This document shows, piece by piece, positions 23,501 through 35,800 of a DNA stretch of 64,000 nucleotides. The stretch spans positions 4,956,830 through 5,020,829 of the forward strand of contig CAJINV010000003.1 of assembly GCA_905178155.1 (NCBI GenBank), written 5' to 3'. The position numbers and the translations under genes are program-made. The notes under the pieces were generated by a model. That model did no database searches. It worked only from the letters and a program-made list of their open reading frames with translations, and was not told where the DNA came from. The stretch is from Amoebophrya sp. A120. Its lineage: Eukaryota; Protista; Dinoflagellata. Each line of letters opens with the position of its first letter. Position 1 is the first letter of the stretch.

Positions 23501-26295
23501 CCTCGAACGAATTCCCCTGGAGGTGTTGGCTTTGCGGCGACCCCTGATCGCTTACTGCGCAGAGCCTGTTCCTCCTTCTTTAGCAGCTCCTGCAATAGGG
23601 CCTCTTCGGTTGAGATCAGACGCGAAACGAGAGCAGCTCCGGAATCTACTTGCGAAAATCCGTCCACTTCTTCTCCCTCTTCCTCTGTGGCAGGAGCGGC
23701 TACTGCTTTCCTAGCCTTCCCCTTCTGGTACGCCGACAGCTTGGGCTTGACGCTCTCCAGAACGCGCAGAGGGGTCATGCCGCGAACCCACTCCAGCTTC
23801 GGCCAGTTGCGCCGGTCGTAAAAATCATCGCTATTCACGTTCACATCCCTTGTTCGATCGAACTCTACGTCCACAACCGCGAAAGGCGTCACCGGGCGGC
23901 CTTCGTGCTCGACCTCGATCATGTTTCTGTGCCGCGGCTGCATTTTATCCTTGTCGAGCTTTCGCCTGTCCCTCTCTTCCTTTTGCTTGTCGTTGTCGTG
24001 CTTCTGTGCCTGGTTTTTCGAGAAGAGGGAATACGTGGCCGGGTCGCGGCGGTGCCGATCGCGATACTCCTCGAGCGAGACCGTCTGCCCTTGGTTTGGT
24101 TCGTGGGGGTCGGAAAACTCCGGGCACCACATCCGCTCCCGCTTGTCGTTGAAGCAGGCGCGCAGCGATGGCGATGGCTTCGTAAGCAGGTCGTCGAACA
24201 CATCCTCCCAGAACTCCGCCTCGAATTCGACGACGCAGCGCGGTGCAGGTGCTTGCTTGGAGCTGCTGCTACTTAACGAACGAAGAACCTGGACCAGCTG
24301 CTGTCTGTCAACGCCCGAGTCTGTGCTCCGGTACAACCATCGCGCGTCCTTGTTTGCCAATCGCACCAACCGGAGCCGCCACCCCTTTTCGACCCTGCAG
24401 CCTGCTTCATGCTCATGCTTCGCCGGCTTCTTCGCTCCAGCGCTGCGCGTCCACGGGTCGACCTCAAGTGCGCCGGATCCGGCGACCTGTCCTGTCTCGG
24501 TGCGGTTGTCCACTGTTTCTCTGACGTGCCCCGTCTCCAGCTCGATGTAGTTCTGCAGAAGTGTCAGCGTTTCGAGGTGAGACAGCTCGAAAGCCCGCCG
24601 CTGAGAGTTCACCTTGTCGGAGCAGTAGAAGTCTTTCATCCTTGGCAGGTTTGCCTTAAAAGCGGTCAGAGTCTCCTTGCGAATGACGCGGACAGAGTCT
24701 TGATCTACAAGCAGGGGGCGCTCGACCATCTCCGCGCTAGAGGGTTTTTCCGAATCACCTAGCGCCGTGCCTTTCTCTTGTCGCGCCTGTTCTTCGCCGC
24801 TGGCGTCGGAAGTCGCGGCGGCTACATCGGCGGAAGTTTCTTTGCCTGGCGGAGCTCCTAATGCCTTCCAGTCTAGGTGAAGAGAGATTTTTACTTTCTC
24901 CTTGTTTCTGGACCATCCGGTTGACGAGAAAATGTAGCAGCGGAGCCCTTATCAAATGCAAACATGTCTGGGTCAGGGTAAGAGCTGCACGCGACTTCGC
25001 TTGTCGTAATAAATGAGTATCTATTGCGTAACTACACCGCGCCGCTTTGCACGGCGTAAACGCATCACAAATTTTTCGGGTGGGGTGGCATTGCGAGGTT
25101 TGTTTCTGCAGTATTTTCTTTGCATGCACACAGGCTTCCACCACAACCCAAAATAAAGTGGCAACAGCCACACGCATTCATGCGTCTTTCAAATTTCGCA
25201 TCACAAATCAAGACCCAGACATGTTTGCAATGCATAACCCCAAGACCTTCGGGAAGAACTTCCGCATGACCATCGCGCGAAGCTCCAAAAACCCGGGAAA
25301 GAGCACAGAACTTGGACTGAGCTGCTCTAACGTCTGTGCCGCAGTTGCGCCGAGCTCCCCACCTGCCCCAGCAGCTGCGTCCTTGCCTCGGACCGGGGCT
25401 GTGACGTGAGTGCAGTTTTTTTCTTCTCATGCCGACTATTATCTCTTCTGCACGCGCCATGGATGCCTGATAAACTGCGCTCCATCTTATACGAATAAAA
25501 CTTGAGAGGCTCTGCGCCTAAGTGCGTGCATTCGAAAGACTAAGCACATTAAGAAAATCTACATAGTTACGATGTACCATTCAGCTCTGGAATGTACGCC
25601 CATCCGCAGCGATCCTTCCGGGGAATTCGTGGATCTGCGTGCCTGATGTCGCGGATTCGTGCTTTCTTGTCGACCTCGATGCCGAACTCCGCGAACCATG
25701 TCTCTGCGTCTTCCAATTTCAGAGAGTCATAGGCCAGGTCAATGTCTTCCATGAAGCAAAATACCGGAGTGAGGAACGGCGTGAGCGGCAACGAAATTCC
25801 CCGTGCCCAGAGCCACACGCTGATGAGCCGAAACGTTTCCCGGTCAACATCCGAACGGAAGACCTGCTTGCCTGTGCGGGTAAAGGGGCACCCCTGGGGC
25901 CCACAGAAGTACGACACTCCTCCCTTGGTCTTGTCGCGCTTGAAGTCTTGCTCCCTCTCCACGTCTTTGGTTCTCAACCAGACAAAGAGCTCGTAGAAAA
26001 TCCATTTCTCCAGATCACTGAGGCCGTCGCGCTTGCCGTACCGCCACAGGGTGTCACCCTTCCAGTCCTTGACACGGTTACCCTTCTCGTCCTCCCCGTC
26101 GAAGTTTGCCAGAGCGGCATCGATGCGGCGATTTTGCTCGTGGTTATATAGCGACTTTGCGAGCGCCAGCGCAGCGGGTTCAGATGGCGTTCGTAATTCG
26201 TCGGGCTGCTTCGCCTTTTCCGAAGTCTGCACCAGAGCAAACCCATGGCTATCACGCATGGCACTGGGCGTGGTAGTGCCTTCTGCGCTCGTCAT
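20554..26295 (-). CDS. Large multi-exon gene: AEP/PrimPol-like N-terminal domain plus C-terminal right-handed beta-helix-like region
   Basis: Removing three introner-type introns joins the exon above 25237 to ORFs 22579-24729, 21938-22432 and 20554-21639 in frame. Motifs FMEDIDL (DxD), KISLHL (SxH), VFDD...SLRACFNDK, and VPDHCETLAEAIAQA (typical beta-helix protein cap). The first intron (~25420-25575) is uncertain. Confidence 0.55.
21731..21984. mobile_element. Decayed family-A introner
   Basis: Right end ccctccagacccagaccttgttgcaaggcata and degenerate left end tatccacggaaaac. TSD is no longer recognisable, but removing 254+5 nt restores the frame. Confidence 0.55.
22303..22584. mobile_element. 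Decayed family-A introner
   Basis: Left end catccagggaaaacatgtctgggtctggga, degenerate right TIR, flanks catag/catcg. Removing 287 nt gives HPVAM-RSPFND in frame. Confidence 0.7.
24950..25236. mobile_element. Family-A introner
   Basis: TIRs tatcaaatgcaaacatgtctgggtc / gacccagacatgtttgcaatgcata; flanks gccct/acccc (3/5). Removal gives PKVLG-LRCYIF, open through to MVERP at 24729. Confidence 0.8.
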
Positions 26296-26992
26296 TCTTT
26301 CATTTGCGCGGTACGTAAAAGAGCCGGTGTGCGGTCACACCTGAATAAAGACAACCACAACACAGTCACAGCAAGACAATCTTCATATAAATTACAGGAG
26401 ATACAGCATAACCATAAGCTTAAGCATAAAGCACTAAAAAAATAAATGGTGCAAACAAGACGATACCAACAGCAGGTAGCGGATAGAAGTAAGTTTATTT
26501 CTCCAGACTGGCCAAAACATCTAAAGCAAAATCCACAATCACAAAAAAGACTCCGTACGAAATCCACAAACAGCAGCGAAGAACTTTTCGGATCGCTAAG
26601 ATCGAACCAACAGCATCGTCAAAATGCCTCGAATTGAGCAGGATCTTCCCAGTACTCCGAAAGATCAGAGACTGATCGTATGTGAAGAACCCTGATCGAC
26701 AACGATAAGAACCTGTCTTGAGGCACAACTGCACCAGGCTCGCTTTATTTTCTTGGCACAACTACAGGAGACTCACATCGAACACATAAGGCAATCACGC
26801 AGATCGCGCGTAATATTCAGTCATGATATTAGCAACTGCCTGTAATCCGGCCGCTTGCGAGGTAAAAGCTCGCCATGATCAGAAAAATACTCGTTGTCGC
26901 TATGGTGTCAGAACAAGAACATGTGACTAGGATGTCTGTGCCTACTCTCGTTTCGTTGAAGAAAATCCAGGTGTAACCAACTTTACACGTTG

Positions 26993-29020
26993 TCATCCCA
27001 TGAGGGCTAGATTCCATGCCTCTGGCTTTACGTTTGCGCGCGGCTGCGCGATTTTGAAAGTGCACATAATGCCTTTCTTTTCCAGATACACACCAGCCAA
27101 CTGATTCCAGTGATCACGAATGCTGCTCTTGGAGAGCAGCATTTTTGCTTCGGCCAACTCTTCAGCTTGTTTCGCCTCGGGAACATGCGGCATACGGTTG
27201 AAAGCCACTACCCGCGACAAGTGTGCGAGCAACGCCGGGCCAATGGTGGCAAATTTGCAGTAAACGTCGCAGCCGAGCTTTTGGTAGAGATCCTCGCAAC
27301 GCAGGTACCCGAAGCCGCCGGTGTCGCGCGAGGGGTGCCACGTCACGACGTGTCCGCAATACGTGTGCTCAGGATCGATTACCTTGTCGGGCATCGCCAA
27401 CGCATTGGCCGGAAGATGATTCCCCTGCTCTTTCCACCCCTGGGCAGTCGAGGACGAGCCCGCCTCGGCCTCGCCGCCACCCTGCCCGGGCGCGGGACAA
27501 CCGTACTCGTCCTTCCAAAAGAACTCGAGCCCGACCGCCATCTCCTTCTTCTGGACGCCGTCGCGCTTCGACTGCTCCAGCGTGAACAGCACGCACAACT
27601 CGTCCTGGTTCTTCGCTAGAAATTCCGTCACCTGCTTGCTGTCAATGGTGTTTATGTCCAAGTAGCGACGGTCGCTGCGACTGATGAAGTCCTGGTCGCA
27701 TTCCTTCTTGAAGGCCGGGAACTTCCGCAGCGCCCGCGTCACCTCGGTGAGCAGCACAAAAATGTCCTTGCTACTTTGCAGCGGATACTTCCCCGTGTGC
27801 AGACCGTGGAAGTGCGAGTGAGGCCGGATGAAACCGAAGTTCGCGCGAAAGTCCACCAACCGGCCTAGCGCTCTTCCCGCCGGCAAATCGTAGTGCCCGT
27901 CCGGCACCAGCCACTTCTTAAGGCCCTTGGGTGCGTCCTTCGACCTGCCGAGATCAGAAAAGTAGCGCGCGGCTTCGGCCGGGTCGAGGTCCCTTTTTCC
28001 GCCACCTTGCACGTTCATCGTGGCGTTTGGTCTAGGAAGCGGAGCACTTGTCGTGGCCGCTGCGCTCGGAACTTTGTTGATATTTTGTGCCCCCGTGTTT
28101 AACATCATTCCAGTTGCAGCACCTCCAGTTGCTGTTGTACTAGTGCTTGACGACGCTGGGAGCTTGTTCATCCCGACTTTCTTCTGCATGAGGGCAATTT
28201 GGGTTGACATTTGGTCGATAGATTTCTGGAACATCGACAGCACGCCTTGAGGCGCCACAGGCTGTTTAGCCGTAGCACTACTAGTACCAGAGGAAGCTGC
28301 ACTAGCCCCCGTGCGAAAGTCACGGTCCGCGGACGAGGCCACGCCCTGTTGCGTCAGGTAGTTCCACCAGGAAGCGTCGTTCGTCGCCCCTCCCGCAAAG
28401 GGGTTTGAGGTCGAGGAGGAGGCGCCCCCTGTTCCGGCGGCCGCCCCGGTGGACGAGGCTGTGGCGCTCCACCAGTCGTTGGCTGTAGCGCTCGGATTTA
28501 TTCCCCATGAGGCAGTATTGTTCCAGTCGTCAGCGGCACCAGTGCCCCAATTATTCCAGGACTGGTCGTCCGTGCGGGCCATCTTCGGTGCGCTCCCCGC
28601 GGCTGCCCTGGTGGCTGCGGCGGCCGGGCGCTTGAAGGAAGCTGCCCCGCCCGATGCGGGTTGATTTGGAAAGTAGCCCTCCAGATCTGCCCACATCTGG
28701 TTCCACTGTTGGTCGTCACCCGCTCCGTAGCCCTGCATGATGTTGTTCTGTCCGTACATTTGCGCATTGCCATTGTTCCCGTAGTTGTTTTGAGCGAACG
28801 CATTTGGGAAAGCTGTTCCCTGCGGCTGTAACTGCGCCCCGTTCCCACCGAGCGTCTGAGTCTTCTGCGGGGCATTTGTCGCGGTGGCCTTGGTGAAGGG
28901 GAGAGAATCGAAATCGGGCACCCACGCCTCGCAATTGTCACACAACTTCTGATCTGACGTCTCCACCTGCGCCTGACAGGCGACACACACAGGAAAGTCC
29001 ACCGGTGCAAGAAACATCAT
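26993..29020 (-). CDS. Cold-shock-domain (OB-fold) nucleic-acid-binding protein with N-terminal CxxC...CxxC
   Basis: 675-aa ORF with two CSD-like units (GRLVDFRANFGFI...DIFV; GHVVTW...GFGYL...DVY) and an N/Q/G/W-rich low-complexity region. Confidence 0.65.
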   Translation of the reverse strand: MMFLAPVDFPVCVACQAQVETSDQKLCDNCEAWVPDFDSLPFTKATATNAPQKTQTLGGNGAQLQPQGTAFPNAFAQNNYGNNGNAQMYGQNNIMQGYGAGDDQQWNQMWADLEGYFPNQPASGGAASFKRPAAAATRAAAGSAPKMARTDDQSWNNWGTGAADDWNNTASWGINPSATANDWWSATASSTGAAAGTGGASSSTSNPFAGGATNDASWWNYLTQQGVASSADRDFRTGASAASSGTSSATAKQPVAPQGVLSMFQKSIDQMSTQIALMQKKVGMNKLPASSSTSTTATGGAATGMMLNTGAQNINKVPSAAATTSAPLPRPNATMNVQGGGKRDLDPAEAARYFSDLGRSKDAPKGLKKWLVPDGHYDLPAGRALGRLVDFRANFGFIRPHSHFHGLHTGKYPLQSSKDIFVLLTEVTRALRKFPAFKKECDQDFISRSDRRYLDINTIDSKQVTEFLAKNQDELCVLFTLEQSKRDGVQKKEMAVGLEFFWKDEYGCPAPGQGGGEAEAGSSSTAQGWKEQGNHLPANALAMPDKVIDPEHTYCGHVVTWHPSRDTGGFGYLRCEDLYQKLGCDVYCKFATIGPALLAHLSRVVAFNRMPHVPEAKQAEELAEAKMLLSKSSIRDHWNQLAGVYLEKKGIMCTFKIAQPRANVKPEAWNLALMG

Positions 29021-29889
29021 CGGCCGTCCATTCGCGTAGTAGGGTCTGCGTCTTCTCTTCCTACTTTACTTATGTCAGTCAATAGGAAAGAACGATGTTC
29101 GGACAAATGATTGTCGCCCCTAGAAGTGGTATTGCGCGACAGACTTTCTGGTTGCCATAAAGTCGCATCAGTTCGGAAAAATGAAGCGTAAAATGAGGAA
29201 ATCGCTGAGGGTAAGTACCGCTGTGAACTGGAGTTCTAGCTAATTGATTCCGAGGCATTACCGCTAATTTCTTTGTATCGATAATCAGAACAAAGAAAAA
29301 ATTTGATCCCAGTCCGGCGCAGCGCTTGGATCGCTTTTGTGTGCACCACTCGAACAAGAACTCAATCTGATGAGACTGGTCAATTTTGGTGCGCTATGCC
29401 ACGCGCAACGGTATGAAGTTCATTGATTGCGATGATTCGCTTGAAAGCTAGATTCTACAGTGTAGGTAGGTCGAGCGCTTGAAGCTCTGTCAGAGTCAGT
29501 GGCTCTTGAACAAGCGCAAACTACATCAGCGTGTTACTACTGTGCAACTAGTATTTCTGGCAAGCGTCCTGGCATGGCATGACCACGGACTGCAATGCTG
29601 CTCTAAGCTCTGAAATTCGAAATCAGTGAGAAACTTCTTGTAAGTTTGTGTGTGAGAAGATAGAATGAAACGTGAGACTGAGGATAAAAAGACGAAGACG
29701 AAACTTGACTACAAGTAATTTTACGTGTAACAGCGCGAGCCCGGACTACTATACAAGCGACTGTTTGGAGAAGAAGAAGACCACGCGGGAAGCTACAAAA
29801 ACAGCCCTGATCTCATCAGATATAATTGGAACGACAAAGTACAACCCGTTTTCGTTTTCTGTCGCTGTTCGCCTTCGAGTATTACTACC

Positions 29890-32800
29890 TCAGGCATTGA
29901 GCAGCCCCCACTTGCGTCGGTAGCTGTGAAACGCAGCCAGCACATCCCGCAGGTGCGGGACAACATCCTGCCCGCGTCGGTCCTCCCCGGTTAACAGTGG
30001 TGCGCGCTGCTTTGTGCCGCCGGGCGCGTGCTGCATGGTGACCGCCTGTATCAACTGTAAAAGTGTCTGGGTCTGGAAGAATTCATGTTTGTCATGCTTG
30101 TCTGGCATGACTCTGAAATCTGTCATGCACGTTACCCAAGAGCTCCGTTTTTCTATGATGCAGAAGCGCAGTTTGTCATGCAGAATAGGCAACACCTAGG
30201 AGCTCAGAAACTTGTCATGCTGAGCCAGCATCTGTAGCCTCATCATGAGACGCCACCCAGCATCACAAGTTTCCAGACCCAGACATTTTTACTTTTGATA
30301 GCCTGCAGGACCTGCATGGCATTCTGTGCCTTTTCCATCAACAGCCGGCGGTTGCGATCGATGACCAGCAGACTGACGGTATGCAAGAAAAAAACTGTGT
30401 GAGTGTAACTCTGTGATGCAGAAAGTGGAAAACTATTACACTTGTCATGCTGGATCTGCGTCATAGGCTACTTTCATACGTGTTTTCACGTACTAGCTGC
30501 GCATGACAGGTTTTGCCTGTAATGCAAAACGGATTTGTGATTCTGTTTTTCCTACAAAGTTACACTTACACAGTTTTTTTCCTGGATAGACGGTTTCGTG
30601 CACCAAATCGAGCTGCAGGAACAGCACCCCGGTGTTCTGGAACAAATCATAGGTCACCTTGCGCGCCTTGCAGAAGCTGAAGATCTGCGAGTGCGTGCAG
30701 CGATCCAAGCCCGGCACCTCGCACGTGAGCACGACCAGCGCCACTCGCTCATTCGCGGCGTGGTCGGTTTTGTGGTAGCCTGGGGCGTGCGGCGCCAGGT
30801 ACAGGCGTCCGTCGTCGCCCAGCTGACACTGCCCAATGAACTGCAGCGCGGCAAAAGCGGAAGCAGCGTCCGTGATCCTGACGTCCACATCCACAACCCA
30901 GAACCGGTACGGAAAACACACGTTGCGCATCCTGTTGGTTGACCAACGATATTTCTAGTAAAGCTACAGCTCGTTTAGGTGGAGATGAGCACTTGAAAAC
31001 GAAAGACAACAAAACAAGACGGACATCACGACCAAAGGATCAAGTCCAAGCCAGGCTGTTATTTCTGTATATTACCCTGCAACGGTGCACGGAAGCACGA
31101 CATTCTCCCGAAACTCATCTTCGGTTTTTTCTTGCAACAGCTTGCGCGCCTGCACGGCGGCCTCTGGATCGAAGGGGGTTCCCGGGGGTTCCGGCGATTT
31201 GAATGGCGCCAGAAACTCCCCCGTTTGACCGGGGTCAAGTGGCCTTCGCTCTTCGGGCTCGAAGTCCTTGTTCTCGAAGCATACCAGATCCACCGAGGCG
31301 TGACCAAGCATGTCCTTCGCGGCTAAAACACGACCTGGTGACAACGACCATGTTAATGTTGTGAACAGCTTCCGTTTATCACCGGCGAAATCAAAGTAGC
31401 TCGCGCATCAAAGGGTCACGCGATTGAAAGATGAAAAACAAGAGGTTTCTTGGAGTCTGTCGCTTAGCAAGTAGGTACCTGTGCTCTGTGCGAAGGCCTC
31501 ACAGACGGGGAGCGGCACCTGATCGGGACTTTGCAGTGGCAGGAGGCACGCGACTGGCTCGAAGTTCGAGCTGAAAATGTATTCCGAGGTCGCGAGCAGC
31601 TGGGTGCGCTTTTCCGGTAACACCTGAAAATGCACGGTGGGAAAGCTGAGCACCTCGCCGGGAACTGCCTGTATTATGCCGCCCCGCTTGCAGAATTCTG
31701 GGATGAAATCAGCCAGCTCGCTGGGGTACATGCGACCACCGCCGCAAAGCAGAGCTTTCTTGGGAAACGCACGCGCAACCACGTCGCGGGCCATTCGGAT
31801 TAGAAGATCCCGTAACTCGGTACTAACTGGCCCGGCGCTGCTCACACGATACAAGCCCGCCACACGGTCAACGGTCACGTCACTCGTTCTTTTACCTGGT
31901 GAGATAGATCGATAGTACAAATGATATCGATTCCGACTGACAGAAAAATCAATGTTCCGCGAAATAAAACTTCGTCCAATCAACACCTTCTGCGGTTGCC
32001 GAGTGCAGGAAGCTTTCCATGGCCCGATGTTGCAGTTCGGCAATGCTCTTGCGCACGTTTGTGTCCACATGGAAGATGGCGGATCCCTTGCCGCGGAACT
32101 CGTCGTCAATCTTAAAAATCCATTTTGGCACGGTCGGGTGCTCGTAAAGCTGGACGCCAAACTGATGGTACAGCTCTTCCTCGTCGTAGAGGTCTACGCT
32201 GGTTGGCGGGTGCGGTACCTGCGCCAGAGTCACCAGGCGCTGCATGGCGCTCTTTGTTCCGAGATAGTCCACGTTTTTCGGGTTTGCACCATACAGGGGA
32301 ACGTTGAGCTGTGCGGACAACTGCAACTCGGCGAACGTGACGCCGTGTCCCGGGATGAGAACGCTGCGCTCCTCCCGTCCGCGGATGAGAACTTTTTTTT
32401 TTTGTTCGTCGGAATCCTCTTTTTCTCATGATCATATAGATACTCACAAATTGCAAGAAATAATAATTCTTCTACGTAAAACTAGAGCCAAATCGATGAT
32501 CAGCGACATTTTTAACAGGCCAACAGTTGAGTCGTTACCGCGCAATCGGTTCATCGCTCTGCGGGAGAGCAGCAAGCAGTGCGCGAGCGTCATGTGGGCG
32601 GGGATCGCGGGGCTGTCGAGCTTTTCCGGCACCAAAATTTGCAGACGGCCTTGCGGATTCTGGATGCCGCGGTACTCCATGACCTTCGCCATGTACTCCA
32701 ACAGGTCCTCGTGCAGCGGCTTGGAGCACACCAACACCACGTCCGGTGGCGGCTCGTCATTTTTTGGGCCGCAGTACCCCAACCGAAACAGCCGCGAGAT

Positions 32801-35800
32801 TTGTGCGTTCTGCACGCTGGGAAACGAGTGAATACACGCGCGCCGAAACTCCGGCACCGAGAGGGACAACAGGTGGATCTCGAGCCGTCGGACCGTGCGG
32901 GCGGCCTGCGCAGAACTGCTGAACTTCGACCGCAGCCGCGTGAACCGCTTTACCTCCTCCTCGCGCACCAAATTAATCGCCTTCTTGGTTTCCACGAGGT
33001 TCTGGCAGCTCACCCAGGCAACCTGGATCGTTTTCGCGGCCCGGTGGAACTTCAGAAGCAGCGCCATTTTCAGTTTGCACTGAAACATCTGCCACCCGCC
33101 CCAGATGCACTCCGCCGCGAGCTCGCGTCGCAGAGGCCCCCGAAACCGCAAACCCGGTATTTCGTGCTCGAGGAACGGCAGCTCCTCCAGGTTCTTCACG
33201 CACGTGCCCACAATTTGCGCCTCCGAGAAGTTGCGGCGGTCGCGGTTCCCGAGGGCGAAAATCACGTCGATCATCTTACTAACGTCGATGATCGCCAGGG
33301 GCGCTTTCTTCAACTTTCGGCACAGCAGCGTAAACACGTCCAGCAGCTGCGGCCAGTTGTTGCGCTGATTCTCCTTCAGGTCGGCGAGGTTCTGGAAAAT
33401 GTTGCCGTATCGGATGCACACGTATCCCTCGATCTCCTCCCGGGAGGGCACGTGGTGCAGTCCGTAGCGCGCCAGAATTTCGCGGCGCGCGAGGTCTTCC
33501 GCCTCGTGCTGCAAAGGATCGTCCTGTTCCTGCCGCAGCAGGTCTCGCCTACTACTACTGGAGGACGTGCCGTGCTTGCGGTGTCGGCCTTTCCTCGCCT
33601 CCCCGGCCACTCCAAACGACGTGTTGGGTCTTGGCGCGTCGGCGTCCAGCGGAACCAGTGCCGTCGAAGATGAACTGGGCGCGTTCTGTCCTTCGGGCGG
33701 TCGCCCATGCGGGATGCCGTGGGGGTCGGCAGCGAGATCGGCGCCTCCTTGACCACTGCGTGAGGCATGCACCGAAAGATAGGATTGCAGAACCGACGGA
33801 GCGGACGCTCCATCTGAACCGGCTGTTGGTCCTGCGTGGGACGTGCTGGTCCTTTCTCCAGGATGATCTGCGGCCGCACTTCCGAGGACGCCCCCGCCCT
33901 GTTCGTTCTCGTAATACAAGATCCTTTGCTTGGGTTGCTCACCGGTGGGTTTCGGACTCTTGTTGTCGAGCGTCTGGTCTTCGGGGATGTTCTCGAGCGC
34001 TCGCGGCAGCTGCGCCGCACTGGTCGACGCGTGTATCTGTAGGCGGGAAAACGCGGCGGGGTGCTCCACGGGATTGAAGTTGCCGAGCACCTGGGTGCGG
34101 AAGTAGCTCACCGAGTATTCGGCCGACGGCGCGTCGTCGTCCTCAGCGAAGGAGTGGCTCTTCTCGTCCTCCACGTTCTTCTTGGAGGACCACAAGACCC
34201 GCCTTACCCAGGGGTCGACGGCTAACGTCTCGCGCGCGATGATGGTGTTCGAGGACCGTTCGATTGTGTACGCCTCCTTCAACACCAGCAAGTTGTTGCT
34301 CACCAGCGGAAACACCAGCGGCGGCGGCTGCGGCTGGTGGATCTCGTCCATCTCCAGGCTGCGCTCCTCCTCCTTGGCGGACGATGCCGTCAGTCGCTGG
34401 AGCAGGTCCGCACTCAGCAGCTCCTCCCACACCGCCACGTCGGCCGGGTCCGTGGTCGTGCCGCCGCTGGTCTCTACGTAGTAGTAGATTTCCTTGGCAA
34501 TCCGGTTGGCCTGCTTGTCGATGCTGAAGATCTCGCGCTGGAGCAGGCGGTCCTTCCTCTTGTCCACGGTGAAAAGCTCCTTCGACAACAGGTCCTGCGA
34601 GTTGCGATCGATGTGGAACACCTCCTTCACCAGACGGTCCTCGTATCAAATGCAAATATGTCTGGGTCTGGGAGAATGCTAAATTTCTCATGCATATTTT
34701 CCATGCCCCATGAGGTCTGGAATGCAGGACCTAGCATGACAGGTTTTGCGAAGTCTCTGCCATGCCTATCCTGCATGACAAACTGCCTCTAAACTTGTTC
34801 AAAAGTGGACAGCTTTTGGTAATCACGCAACACAAGTTTTTGTACGATCCAGACTTAGCATGACAAGTTCGCGTCCTTCCAGACCCAGACATATTTGCAA
34901 TGCATACCTCGGTCTCCGACGCAATCACCTCCTTCTTCACTGCGTCGTGGCTCATGTGACTGCTGCTCGACGTACTTGCGGCAGGAGCTGCCCGCTGTTG
35001 TCCCGTGGACGACGAGCCGGAAAACATGCCCTCCTCCCCGGTTATGAAGGTGAAGTCTCCCGGGTCGTGGTCCATCCCACCAGACGAGGCTGCACCAGCT
35101 CCGGGGCCACCTGATGTGTGTACAGTTTCATGTATCCATCTGCAAAAGGCCGTCCGAACAACATTCTCGTGATCTACTTATCGCGCAGTTTTTAGCATGA
35201 ACGAAAGACCGACAGCACGTATGCAAAAGAACAAAGCATGTGTAGCTCCTCGCAAAGAATTCTTAAAACCTCCTTTCCCTTGCAACCGCGCCATTGCCTC
35301 TATACTTTCGTCTCTGAAAAGCCGCGTCTCATCGGGGCTGGGGCTCCGCAAGACAATAGCGTGGTTGAGGCTCGCCTTTTCCTCCTCGGACATAATCGGT
35401 GGCGCAGGACTTGGGGCACTACGAGGTATTCTGGGCAACAAGTCCGTGAGCGGCACAAGCACATCACACTCGCCTGATTGATTTTTCACTCGCTTTTGTC
35501 GACGCGATACCTAACAGGCGGCAGCGAAGTGCGTGACTTTTATTCCCGGGCGAAAAAGATGCAGATAATTATAAATGTCTCTAGCGAGCTACAAGTACTT
35601 TTTACCATGACTGTTGATGTAGCTGCGCTGTCCTGCGATTGCACTCCTGCTATTCCCCCGCGATGGCGGCTTGACGGGGCAGGGTACCACTGGCGTGTGG
35701 TCCAGTTTGACCATGGCCGTGGGTAGGTTCACCGCAGTTGCTCCTTTCTGCGCCAGCCGGTCGTGCGGAGCGTACATGCGCGATCGCTTTTGCTTCACCA

